DNA of 62,454 bases, counting the filler, from a bacterium (lineage in GTDB: Bacteria; UBP15; UBA6099; JAJRTR01), in NCBI GenBank assembly GCA_024278215.1. It is 3 parts of 3 records of this genome, joined end to end, with 100 filler letters (N's around TTAATTAATTAA, not from the genome) between each part and the next. Parts side by side here need not be neighbours in the genome. Positions count along the whole stretch, not along the records: positions 1 to 26,404 come from JAJRTR010000145.1; 2 more parts are not named here. One strand, 5' to 3'. This document shows, piece after piece, positions 9,808 to 19,050 of this stretch. Position numbers and translations under genes: made by a program. The notes below the pieces were generated by a model, which ran no database searches, was not told the DNA's origin, and saw only the letters and a list, made by a program, of their open reading frames with translations. Numbering within the stretch: the stretch's first letter is position 1; each line of letters starts with the position of its first letter.

Positions 9808-10512
9808 ATGAGCAACAACATTATTGATAAAGCGGTGGCCGAAGGCAGAAAAACACTGTCCGAATATGAATCGAAAAAACTGCTGGCGGACTATGGAGTG
9901 CCGATCGTCGCCGAAGATATTGCCGGTTCTGTGAACGATGCGGCGGCAATCGCCGAAAACATTGGCTGGCCCGTGGCCATGAAAGCCTGCGGCACAGGAA
10001 TCACACACAAAACAGAAAAAAAACTCATCGAACTTAATATCGATTCGCCCCAGAAAGTTGCTGCGGCCTATGCAGCGCTCGCCGAACGTGCCGGAGAAGG
10101 GCTCGAAGGTGTGCTCGTGCAGGAAATGATCCCCGCGGGCCGCGAACTTGTCGTGGGGCTTATCCGCGACAAAACATTCGGACCCTGTGTCATGTTCGGC
10201 ATCGGCGGCATCTATACCGAAGTATTCAGGGACGTCACATTTCGCGTCGCGCCGCTCGAAAAACGCGACGCGTCGGAGATGATCGGAGAAATAAGGGGCG
10301 CGGCCATTCTCGGCGCTTTCCGCGGCATGCCCGAAGTGGATCGCGGCCTTCTCGCTGAGATTCTCATCGGCATAGGACGCATCGGCATCGAGCAGGATAA
10401 GATAAATGAGATCGACATCAACCCGCTCATAATCGACCCCGTCGGCGCTCCCGTCGCTGTCGACGCTCTCGTCGCTGTCAAACAGTCGTCTGCGACGGGA
10501 TGTTGTCGATAG
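9808..10512 (+). CDS. acdB: Acetate/acyl-CoA ligase (ADP-forming), beta (ATP-grasp) subunit
   Basis: LSEYESKKLL, HKTE, FGPCVMFGIGG and EIDINPL motifs; directly follows the alpha subunit. Confidence 0.9.
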   Translation: MSNNIIDKAVAEGRKTLSEYESKKLLADYGVPIVAEDIAGSVNDAAAIAENIGWPVAMKACGTGITHKTEKKLIELNIDSPQKVAAAYAALAERAGEGLEGVLVQEMIPAGRELVVGLIRDKTFGPCVMFGIGGIYTEVFRDVTFRVAPLEKRDASEMIGEIRGAAILGAFRGMPEVDRGLLAEILIGIGRIGIEQDKINEIDINPLIIDPVGAPVAVDALVAVKQSSATGCCR

Positions 10513-10539
10513 AGGAAGCTTGAAACGTATCATGGAATT

Positions 10540-10759
10540 TAGTATCTTGCGATTGAAATGCTACGCGGGATGGTAAAGAAATGCCGAAAAGAGATCGGTG
10601 GAAGCTGAAGATTCCCGTTACAGACGTTTCCAAGGTAGACCTTGGGAACGAGGAAACTCTGTGTGCCGTGCTCAAACTATAGACCGTGTGCCGTGCTCAA
10701 ACCGCATTTGTTTGGGCACGAAAATGCGGCCTGTTCGGTTCCGGCTTTGCCGGGTTAGG
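10540..10759 (-). mobile_element. Family A repeat (full, reverse) with internal 17-bp duplication
   Basis: Reverse complement of 5916-6111; GTGTGCCGTGCTCAAAC occurs twice (10661-10677, 10686-10702). Confidence 0.75.
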
Positions 10760-10939
10760 AATATTTAATTCTGTGAACCCGATCCGGAATTAGCGAGCAA
10801 ATGCTGTTCATAACCCCGAAATTTACACATAATAACGAAAAACGCACAAGATCAGTTATATTCTTGTGTTATGGTCAGCAGGCGCGGGAATGTGTAGACT
10901 ATGTAATCTGAAAAAAGCAGCGGCGGTCCGGATGTAAGA

Positions 10940-11752
10940 ATGGCGGCGGATATAAGAACAAGAGCAGAAATGAAACCGCGCATGAAAAAAAAGCGCATTA
11001 TTCGCGTGGGCGAAAACGGCAGGACCGAGCGCGACCAGCCACTGGCGGACGAGGCGACTATCGAACTCTATATAAACGGCAAATATGTCGCGGGGCTTGT
11101 CTGCACTATGGAAAAGGTTAAAGAACTCATCGTCGGTTTTCTTTTTTCCGAGGGCATCATCACTGCGCTGGGCGAGTTGCGGCATGTCGACACGCCTGAC
11201 GGATTCCGGTATGCGGCGACTGTGGAAAAAGCCGAAGGCGCAAAACCGAAGATAGAAAAGTCCATTCTCGCTTCGGGCTGCGGCCACACTATTGTGCTCG
11301 ACGGCGAACTCCCCGTCGAAATATGCCACAAGGAGATAGACCACGAAAGAACTTATACAAGAGAAGATATTGTACAGGCCAGCAGGATTCTTATACGAAG
11401 CGGCGAGATACATAAGAAAACACGGGGCACACACGGCGCGGCGATTCTCGACGGCACTGCACTCGTCGCATCCGCCGAGGACATCAGCAGACACAACGCT
11501 GTAGACAAAGTGATCGGTCGCTGCCGCCTCGACAGGATACCTCTTCGCGATAAGGTCCTCGCAACTACGGGCAGGGTTTCCTCCGAGATCGTAAGGAAAA
11601 TGGTGCGTAACCGGATGGGCATTATCGTTTCTCGAACTGTGCCGACAGCGACCGCCGTCGAACTCGCCGACCACTTCCTCATTACTATTATCGGCACTAT
11701 GTCCGGCAGTTCATTCTCCATCTATTCGCAGCCTTTCAGGATTTCCGTGTAG
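10940..11752 (+). CDS. fdhD: Formate dehydrogenase accessory sulfurtransferase FdhD
   Basis: GFLFSEGII, SGCG, TRGTHGAA, EDISRHNAVDKVIG and TGRVSSE motifs. Confidence 0.92.
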   Translation: MAADIRTRAEMKPRMKKKRIIRVGENGRTERDQPLADEATIELYINGKYVAGLVCTMEKVKELIVGFLFSEGIITALGELRHVDTPDGFRYAATVEKAEGAKPKIEKSILASGCGHTIVLDGELPVEICHKEIDHERTYTREDIVQASRILIRSGEIHKKTRGTHGAAILDGTALVASAEDISRHNAVDKVIGRCRLDRIPLRDKVLATTGRVSSEIVRKMVRNRMGIIVSRTVPTATAVELADHFLITIIGTMSGSSFSIYSQPFRISV

Positions 11753-11926
11753 TTTTCAGGCGGGCATGTGCCTGTAGAATCTGCACGATCAGGCGGTTCG
11801 AGACACTTTTTCTTTTATCCGGGGATATTATATCAACTGCGCCGGGTTGACCGGCACGGTTGTGATGTGTTTTAATTTGTATGGATTTTCCGCAGCAGAG
11901 AAAGTGGGGGAAGTTCAATATTGCAT

Positions 11927-12105
11927 GAGCCAATTGCAAAATTATGATTTTGCTGCGGTCGGCTGCAATTGTCCATAGCTGCGTTGTCGGCGCGAAATCG
12001 TCCTCGACGTACTTTACAAGTACGCCTGCGAGGATTTTACACCTCCGCCTTGCTCTGGAACAATTTCGCTCGACCTCGCTACGAACATAATTTTGCAATT
12101 GGCTC
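11927..12105 (+). mobile_element. MITE family B, full copy (179 bp)
   Basis: Perfect 20-bp terminal inverted repeat GAGCCAATTGCAAAATTATG; internal CGTAC-N7-GTACG hairpin; homologues at 20781 and 25090. Confidence 0.85.
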
Positions 12106-12140
12106 GTGTGATAGAATTTCCAGGAAGGTTGAGATCAGAT

Positions 12141-12893
12141 ATGAAAAAAGCATGGATGACAGCAATAATAGTCGTTGCGAACCTGCTGGCGGCATCGCTG
12201 CCCGCGGCGGCGGGCGAAGGCCGTGATGTAACAAGATTCTATGTCTTCACAGGCATAGAGAGCCACAGCAAGGTGCGGGGCATCGACGGTGAATTCGGCG
12301 GCGAGACTTATGTAAACACGATGCTCTCCCTGTCTCGAAAGCTGCAGAAAGATGTCTACGGCAATATCTACTACCTGCACAGCTATAGTGTGGACGACGG
12401 AGACACCGCGAAACACGCCGCCGGCGCAAATGTGACGCGCATTTTGAATAAACATCTCCTGTGGTCTGTTTCATACAGTTTCACGGACAGCCCGGAACGC
12501 GGGGTCGTCGTCACGTTTCCCGAGTCGGATAACGACAGGTTCTCGACCAACCTGGTGTACACATTCAATCCCGAAGAGAAAGAAGGAGTCCGCTATATTT
12601 CAACAACACGCCTGAGCACGGTCTCTAATTTCAGTGACCAGCAGGCAGTCTCGGAAAAGATTGCGATGAGAGCCCCCCTCTCCAGAAGATTTGACGGCGA
12701 ACTCAGCTACAGGTTCAGCTACAGCCTCGACAACAGCGAACAGTTGACAAACCAGTTCGGAGGCAAGCTGAAATATAAGTGGACAAAAAGAAACAGGCTG
12801 GCCCTTGATGTACTGTTTATCGACAATGTATACGAAAACAACGCAGGCGACGACACTATGGTGCTGTTCTCGATGTTGTCGATGATAGACTGA
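12141..12893 (+). CDS. Secreted protein, probable outer-membrane beta-barrel
   Basis: Signal peptide; alternating aromatic/polar strands (SVSYSF, LSYRFSYS, LKYKW). Confidence 0.6.
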   Translation: MKKAWMTAIIVVANLLAASLPAAAGEGRDVTRFYVFTGIESHSKVRGIDGEFGGETYVNTMLSLSRKLQKDVYGNIYYLHSYSVDDGDTAKHAAGANVTRILNKHLLWSVSYSFTDSPERGVVVTFPESDNDRFSTNLVYTFNPEEKEGVRYISTTRLSTVSNFSDQQAVSEKIAMRAPLSRRFDGELSYRFSYSLDNSEQLTNQFGGKLKYKWTKRNRLALDVLFIDNVYENNAGDDTMVLFSMLSMID

Positions 12894-12920
12894 GCTGAAA
12901 ACCGACTGGCTGGAGGATCA

Positions 12921-13811
12921 ATGATGAACACAAAAATATTTAAAAAGGCGGCAGCGGGTGCGGTATTTGCATTTGCCCTGGTTATATGTACGGCAGCTAT
13001 GGCGCAGACTGCGGCGACTCTTGGGGATGTGCGCGGCGATGTGCGCGTACGGAGTTCATCCGATGCACAATGGAAAACAGCGGCAGGCGGCGAAAAACTC
13101 GCACAGGGCGCTTCCATACGTACCGGCACCGATGGTCAGGCTGTCCTCAGGTGGGGACAGGACAATGCGGTGAAAGTTTTCCCTCTGAGCAATGTCGGCA
13201 TCACCGAACTTCTTGCAAAGGGAAACGTCGGGCGCACAAAATTCGCTCTTCAAAACGGACGCCTGCTGGCAAAGGCGTCGAAACTTAAAACACATGATTC
13301 TACTTTCGAGATCAGAACACCCACGGCGATTGCCGCGGTAAGGGGCACGGCATTCGACGTTTCGATGTCGCCGCAGGCCGACAGGACGTCCATCGCTGTT
13401 GTCGAGGGCAGCCTGTATGTCTCGGCAGGCGATGAAGTGCTTATCGTGTCCGCCGGATTCGAGACTGTTGCTGAGAAAGACGCGGCACCTTCGAGGCCTG
13501 CTCCGATACCACCGGCGCAACTCCTGAAACTCAAAGAGGAAGCCGTTTCCATTGGCGCAGCAATCGGTGCTGTGCCCGGCGAAAAGAAACATGAAAAAGC
13601 CGAAGCAGTAAAAAATATGCCCAGCGAAAAAGCAGCGGAAACGGCGGTCGAAACAGCGGTCGATGTCGGCGAAGTATCAGACGATATTGTTATCGACAAT
13701 CTCGACGACGCTTACGATGAAGTCGCTGTCCAGGACACTATTCTGGACGAGGCGCATACAGATATTCCGTGTGAAGATGGCGGATGTATCTCAGGTACAA
13801 TCGAATTTTAA
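12921..13811 (+). CDS. FecR-domain protein with acidic C-terminal tail
   Basis: Signal peptide; IRTGxDG, FEIRTPTAIAAVRGTxF and VVEGS FecR motifs. Confidence 0.85.
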   Translation: MMNTKIFKKAAAGAVFAFALVICTAAMAQTAATLGDVRGDVRVRSSSDAQWKTAAGGEKLAQGASIRTGTDGQAVLRWGQDNAVKVFPLSNVGITELLAKGNVGRTKFALQNGRLLAKASKLKTHDSTFEIRTPTAIAAVRGTAFDVSMSPQADRTSIAVVEGSLYVSAGDEVLIVSAGFETVAEKDAAPSRPAPIPPAQLLKLKEEAVSIGAAIGAVPGEKKHEKAEAVKNMPSEKAAETAVETAVDVGEVSDDIVIDNLDDAYDEVAVQDTILDEAHTDIPCEDGGCISGTIEF

Positions 13812-13874
13812 ACTGAACTTCCCAACGGAAAAACACAATAAAGCCAGTGTTTATCGGGATATATCGGTTATCAA

Positions 13875-13937
13875 TAGTGTCTTACGACTGAAATGCTATG
13901 CAGGATGGTAAAGAAATGCCGAAAAAGAGATCGGTGA
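13875..13937 (-). repeat. Family A fragment
   Basis: TAGTGTCTTACGACTGAAATGCTATGCAGGATGGTAAAGAAATGCCG matches the end of 10540-10600. Confidence 0.7.
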
Positions 13938-14144
13938 ACGTGGGGCAGAGCTGATACGGTATTGATGATCGGCGGATTGTTCGATGAAGGCGGGACGGAG
14001 CTCCGAAACGAGGAAAACGGGTCCGGCCTATTCATTGATTCCACGCCTGCTCTTTATTGTCCAGGCCAGATTTCCAATTACCACGAATCGATTTTGGCCA
14101 TTTATTCAATTGCCGTTTCTATTATAATACCTTTCTGTGAACGG

Positions 14145-15419
14145 CTACGTATTCGGACTTTTCCGGGAAGTCAACCAGTATTCGATAAGGCTGTCGTCGA
14201 AGTCATCCATTGTCGCATTTATGGGATCGGTTGCGATGACGCTTCCGGTGACGGCTTCTATGGTTTTCAGTCCGTTACCGGTGATGAATGCGACAGTTGT
14301 TTCTTTTTTGTCGATTACGCCCTGCGCCGCCAGTTTTTTCAGGACGGCGATTGTGACACCGCCGGCGGTTTCGGTGAAAACGCCTTCGGTCCGTGCAAGC
14401 AATTCGATGCCTTCTACGATTTCCTTGTCGGAAGCGGATTCAGCCGCGCCGCCGGTTTCATTTATCGTCTTCCAGGCATAGTAGCCGTCTGCCGGATTGC
14501 CGATTGCGAGCGACTTTGCGATTGTGTCGGGTCTGACTGGTTTTATGATGTCTGTTTTTTCTTTAAACGCGGTGACGATGGGGCAGCAGCCGAGTCCCTG
14601 GCCGCCGGACACGCGAACAGGGTGTTTGCCTATTATTCCAAGTTTCTGGAATTCGATGATTCCTTTATGAATTTTTGTAAGCAGAGAACCTGAAGCCATG
14701 GGCACCACGACATGATCGGGTGCGCGCCAGCCGAGTTGTTCGGCTACTTCGTATCCAAGCGTTTTCGATCCTTCCGAATAGAATGATCTGATGTTAATGT
14801 TGACAAAAGCCCATTTCATGCGCTCGCTGATTTCACTGCACAGGCGATTTACGTCATCATAGGAGCCTTTGACGCGAACCAGGAATGGTTTGTAAATGCC
14901 CGCGCCTATGACTTTGCCGAGTTCAAGGTCATGGGGGATAAATATAAACGTCTGCATACCTGCTACAGCGCCGTAGGCGGAAACGGCACAAGCAAGATTC
15001 CCGGTGGATGGGCAGGCGATCTTCCTGAAACCGAATTCGCGGGCTTTTGTAGTTGCGACCGTCACGACCCGGTCCTTGAATGAGTAGGTGGGGTTGACGG
15101 CGTCGTTTTTTATGTAAAGATTATCCAGTCCGAGTTCTTTCCCCAGTCTTTCAGCTTTAAGTAGTGGTGTGAAGCCCTCCTGCAGTGTGACCACGTCGCG
15201 GGTTTCCACCGGGAGCAGGTCCCAGTAGCGCCAGAGCGAAAGGGGACCGGACTCGATTTTCTCTCTTGATATGTTGCTTCGTATAATATCGTAGTCGTAT
15301 GCGACTTCGAGCGGCCCGAAACACTCGCTGCAATAGTGTTTCGGCTGAATGTCGTATTCAGCCCCGCATTCCTTGCATACGAGGTTCATAAGTTTATTCT
15401 TCACACCGGCACTTTTCAT
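14145..15419 (-). CDS. thrC: Threonine synthase-like fold-type II PLP enzyme (Zn-ribbon type, carrier-protein associated)
   Basis: N-terminal CxxC..CxxC, NPTYSFKDR PLP-Lys motif, STGNLA, EGSKTLGYE, ITGNGLK. Confidence 0.85.
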   Translation of the reverse strand: MKSAGVKNKLMNLVCKECGAEYDIQPKHYCSECFGPLEVAYDYDIIRSNISREKIESGPLSLWRYWDLLPVETRDVVTLQEGFTPLLKAERLGKELGLDNLYIKNDAVNPTYSFKDRVVTVATTKAREFGFRKIACPSTGNLACAVSAYGAVAGMQTFIFIPHDLELGKVIGAGIYKPFLVRVKGSYDDVNRLCSEISERMKWAFVNINIRSFYSEGSKTLGYEVAEQLGWRAPDHVVVPMASGSLLTKIHKGIIEFQKLGIIGKHPVRVSGGQGLGCCPIVTAFKEKTDIIKPVRPDTIAKSLAIGNPADGYYAWKTINETGGAAESASDKEIVEGIELLARTEGVFTETAGGVTIAVLKKLAAQGVIDKKETTVAFITGNGLKTIEAVTGSVIATDPINATMDDFDDSLIEYWLTSRKSPNT

Positions 15420-15423
15420 TGTT

Positions 15424-15678
15424 TCAGCCTTCCTGTTTCTTTCGTATGATAATCTTCCAGTCGGATGCTGTTTCCTGCCTGACCAACACTATTTCATGGC
15501 CTTCGTTTTCCATACTTCGCGGCACATTCTCGACAGCGGGAAGGTGGTTTACCGTCACTTCCAGCAACTGGCCGCCTTGAATTTCCTCTATAGCCAGTTT
15601 CGATTTTATAAATGTGTAAGGGCAGATTTCTCCCCGGATGTCAATCTTTTTTTTCGCTTCTATTTTGTCTTCACTCAT
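15424..15678 (-). CDS. tusA: TusA/SirA-family sulfurtransferase
   Basis: DIRGEICPYT motif, 84 aa, AAGGAG RBS upstream. Confidence 0.88.
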   Translation of the reverse strand: MSEDKIEAKKKIDIRGEICPYTFIKSKLAIEEIQGGQLLEVTVNHLPAVENVPRSMENEGHEIVLVRQETASDWKIIIRKKQEG

Positions 15679-15694
15679 GGCGCAGACTCCTTTC

Positions 15695-15733
15695 GAGCTC
15701 ATTGTGAAATTCTGATTCTGCCGCGGTCGGCTG
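15695..15733 (+). repeat. MITE family B terminal fragment inside operon
   Basis: GAGCTCATTGTGAAATTCTGATTCTGCCGCGGTCGGCTG resembles the first ~40 nt of 20781-20958. Confidence 0.65.
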
Positions 15734-15750
15734 ATAGTACAATCGCCTGT

Positions 15751-16926
15751 TTATGCGTCCAGCACTCCGGCCAGTTCGCGGAAGGCGTCGAGCACCTTTT
15801 TTCGTTCATCGTCGGTCAATCCATACACGGACATTTTGACGTGTTTGCTCATACCGCGATGAAGTCCCACGATACCGTTCCTGATCATGAACTTCGCGAT
15901 AAAGAAACCTTTTTCTCTTTTGTTTTTTGATAGTTCCCAGAAGCGCGGTGTCTCGAAATGGAGCAGGTGGTGGCGATGCGGCCTCTGGCCCAGCAGCATA
16001 ATGTCTCCGATGTCTTCGAGCTTATCAGCGAAATCATTAGTTTTAGTTAATTCTTCATCCCAGTTTTTTATCCTTTTTTCCACGAAGGGAAAGGAAAACA
16101 TGCCGCTGATGAGTGGAAGCCCGCCAACGCTGCAACCGAAGATATTGGGTATCTTTTTGCCGAAGGAGCGTCCTGTCCACGAACCTACAGTCCGGGATGT
16201 TGAAAACAGGCGGTCGGTCCATTCATACGTCGTCGCGACATATCCGAGCGGGGCGAGCGACATCATGGATTTGTGCGCGGAGAGAGTGAGAAACGACGCG
16301 CCGATCTCTTTCATGTTTACAGGCGCCACGCCGCCTGTGTACGCGGCATTCACCATAAGGGGAACACCTTTGTCCTGACATATTTTCCCGATGTCTTCGA
16401 CCGGCGCGATGTTGCCGTAATACGGGTCTGCGTGAGTGACGACCGCGAGGGCGGGCAATTTCCCGGTGTCCGCTTTAACTTTTTCGATCTGCTCGGCGTA
16501 GGCTTCGGCAGGGAAAGTGTAAGTGGGATAACCGTCGTGAGGGAACTCGACGACTCTGAAACTATTCATTTCAGCGGCGATATTCGTGCTGTAGTGACTA
16601 TTGGGATCGGTAACAATTATGTCCGCATAGTTGCCGTCCATATCACAGAATTCACGAACGGCCCGCAACACGGCGAACTGTGCGGCGCGGCATCCGAAGG
16701 TATGCTCGGCTGCGTCGGCTCCGAAAAATGCGGCAATCCGGGAAAGAAACTTCCGCACAGGCGGCTTACTGCAAAGCGAAGACCTGCCTTCAAGGCAGTC
16801 GTAACACGCCACATATCCGAGGTCGCCCCACTGATCGTATAGTCGCTCCCTGATCTCGACAGGCAGTATCCCGCCCCGCATCAGGGCGTTTATAACTGTA
16901 TGGTCTTTATAAGGATTATCAAACAT
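15751..16926 (-). CDS. pscS: O-phosphoseryl-tRNA:Cys-tRNA synthase (SepCysS) homologue
   Basis: NALMRGGILP, GYVACYDC (CxxC), KPPV, FGCR, SHYS, YGNI, NAAY, SAHKS (PLP Lys), FGCS (third Cys) and C-terminal KMSVYGL mirror archaeal SepCysS motifs as I recall them; the start overlaps the upstream stop. Confidence 0.85.
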   Translation of the reverse strand: MFDNPYKDHTVINALMRGGILPVEIRERLYDQWGDLGYVACYDCLEGRSSLCSKPPVRKFLSRIAAFFGADAAEHTFGCRAAQFAVLRAVREFCDMDGNYADIIVTDPNSHYSTNIAAEMNSFRVVEFPHDGYPTYTFPAEAYAEQIEKVKADTGKLPALAVVTHADPYYGNIAPVEDIGKICQDKGVPLMVNAAYTGGVAPVNMKEIGASFLTLSAHKSMMSLAPLGYVATTYEWTDRLFSTSRTVGSWTGRSFGKKIPNIFGCSVGGLPLISGMFSFPFVEKRIKNWDEELTKTNDFADKLEDIGDIMLLGQRPHRHHLLHFETPRFWELSKNKREKGFFIAKFMIRNGIVGLHRGMSKHVKMSVYGLTDDERKKVLDAFRELAGVLDA

Positions 16927-17884
16927 AGTTTTCTTGTCCGCCAATCGACTTGCCGATGATATCGGAAATTACTTTCAGCATGGACTCACCGCCTGAATAG
17001 ATGTCGATTCCCTCGGAACCGGTTTCCAGTACGGCATAAATATCCAGCCAGTTCTGCCTTGTGCGTGTCATGAAGGGAGGGCGAACTTCCGGCGGCTCGC
17101 CTTTAAGTTTTATCGGAATGTATACAGTAATCTGCTTGAGAGCGCCCTGATCGTTCTTGTTGATATACAGCCGGACATTGTAAGCGCCGATCTTTCCCAT
17201 AAAGTAATCCGTACTCTTTTCAAAGCCGATACTTTTGAAATTCCGGACGACCTCCGGGGGCAGGTCTGAAACAAGGCAGCCGCAGAGAGCGCCGCCGCAT
17301 TTCTGAAGCCTCGACACTTTTTCCTCTATCTTATCGACCATAAACGGCGGGACACCGACCACGAGTTCATTGTCCGTATATCCGCCGTACATTCTCGCCC
17401 CGTTGCACAGCGTAGTCATATTCGGGATGCCTTCCGCGATTACCATGGCTGTAGCCTCACCGCAGACAGCCACTTCTCCGCGAAACTCCGCGGACATGCC
17501 GCCAAGCAGAATCGATATATTCATGACCTGCCTGGGATTCAGCACGAACAGAATTACATCCGCGCCCTCGATAGGCCCGATGACCACTGCCCTGATTTTT
17601 TCTTTTATCAGGGTCGGCATATTCGAGTACTTCGGTTTGCGCAGCCCCAGGGCGAGTTCGGAATTAGGGCAGGCCATATCGTCGATTGTCGCGACACACT
17701 ACTTGCCGCACGCTGCTTCTCTCACCATCCGGCAATACCAGTTGCGCCCGCCGGGCCGATCGCTTTTCGATACTTCCATACTTTCATCTTCTTCGGCTAT
17801 CAGCTTTATACCCACCAGTTCGTGCTTCATTCCCAGATAGGCCCTGATCGCCTCATATCTTTTTTTCTTCTCAGAAATGGACAT
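16919..17884 (-). pseudogene. DUF169-like protein interrupted by one in-frame TAG at 17699-17701 (nonsense mutation, error or readthrough)
   Basis: Minus strand reads TGC GGC AAG TAG TGT GTC GCG ACA ATC GAC GAT ATG GCC TGC. Joined frame gives VGIKL..YCRMVREAA..CPNSELALG..NPRQVM..AVCGE..CNGAR, 321 aa. Confidence 0.7.
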
Positions 17885-18686
17885 CGCAGAATTCCTCATA
17901 ATCTATCAGTTCAGTGATTTCCGGGTTGTCGCCGCAGACGGGGCAGCCCACATCACGCCTGGTGTTTACGTAACGAAAATCCATGGCAAGCGCATCGTAC
18001 AGCAGCAGCCGGTTCTTCAGCGTAGTGCCTATGCCGAGCAGTCGCTTGACCGCTTCGGTCGCCTGGATAAGCCCGACGACGCCCGGAAGCAGTCCGAGCA
18101 CCCCTGCTTCCTGGCAACTCGGCACCATCCCGGCAGGCGGCGGCTCCGGGAAAATACATCTGTAGCACGGCCCTTCACCCGGCACGAACAGCGATACCTG
18201 CCCCTCGAAGCGGAATACGCTTCCATACACATCGGGTTTGCCCAGCAGGACACACGCGTCGTTGACCAGATAGCGCGTGGCGAAACTGTCGCAACCATCC
18301 ACCACAAGGTCGTACTCCCGGATGATTTCCATCGCGTTTTCAGAAGTAATACGCTCCTTATAAATGACAATATTCACATCCGGGTTGATGTCGGACATAG
18401 TCTCCCGGGCGGATTCCACTTTAGGTATGCCCAGGTCCTTCGTACCGTGTATGACCTGTCGGTGCAGGTTGCTGATCTCGACAACATCGTCGTCGATTAT
18501 CCCAATAGTGCCTATGCCGGCGGCCGCGAGATACAACGCGTTCGGCGTGCCGAGCCCGCCCGCGCCAACAAGCAACACCTTCGACTCGAGCAGCCTGCGC
18601 TGCCCCTTGCCGCCTATCTCGGGCAGGATAATCTGCCGCCCGTAGCGGCGAATGCTTTCATCGGAAAAACCACCAAAATCACTCAT
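17871..18686 (-). CDS. moeB: MoeB/ThiF adenylyltransferase (no rhodanese domain)
   Basis: RYGRQIIL, GAGGLG, SNLHRQ, PCYRC, SCQEAGVLG, CPVC. Confidence 0.93.
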   Translation of the reverse strand: MSDFGGFSDESIRRYGRQIILPEIGGKGQRRLLESKVLLVGAGGLGTPNALYLAAAGIGTIGIIDDDVVEISNLHRQVIHGTKDLGIPKVESARETMSDINPDVNIVIYKERITSENAMEIIREYDLVVDGCDSFATRYLVNDACVLLGKPDVYGSVFRFEGQVSLFVPGEGPCYRCIFPEPPPAGMVPSCQEAGVLGLLPGVVGLIQATEAVKRLLGIGTTLKNRLLLYDALAMDFRYVNTRRDVGCPVCGDNPEITELIDYEEFCDVHF

Positions 18687-18687
18687 G

Positions 18688-18963
18688 TCAGCCTCCAGCT
18701 ATCGAGGGAACTATTGAAATTTCCTTCCCCTCGGGCGTCTCCGTGTCGAGTCCGGAAAGAAACCTTATATCATCTCCGTCCAAATATATATTCACGAAGC
18801 GCCGCAATGCACCGCTATTGTCACAAATCTTCGCCCTGATACCGGGATGCTTCGTCTCGATGTCGTCGATTATCTCCCGGATATTACTACCTTTCGCTTC
18901 AACAAATTCCTGACCTCCCGTGAACTTTCTCAGTGCTGTCGGAATCCTTACCTTTGATCCCAT
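18688..18963 (-). CDS. Ubiquitin-fold sulfur carrier (MoaD/ThiS family, CysO-like)
   Basis: 91 aa; VRIPTALR..TGG, LRRFVNIY, ends in free PSIAGG. Confidence 0.92.
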   Translation of the reverse strand: MGSKVRIPTALRKFTGGQEFVEAKGSNIREIIDDIETKHPGIRAKICDNSGALRRFVNIYLDGDDIRFLSGLDTETPEGKEISIVPSIAGG

Positions 18964-19050
18964 GCCTGCATACCTCCCTTGCGAGATTACGGCAATCTGC
19001 GCCGATTAGTCTTTGTTTCCGCCTCTTATCCTGTTCTGTGCCGACCTTCT

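Noticed and set aside
13871-14035. 54-aa minus-strand ORF (MNRPDPFSS...) downstream of thrC
   Set aside because: Its 3' part is family A repeat sequence and it has no recognisable motif; it may be a remnant but is unsupported.
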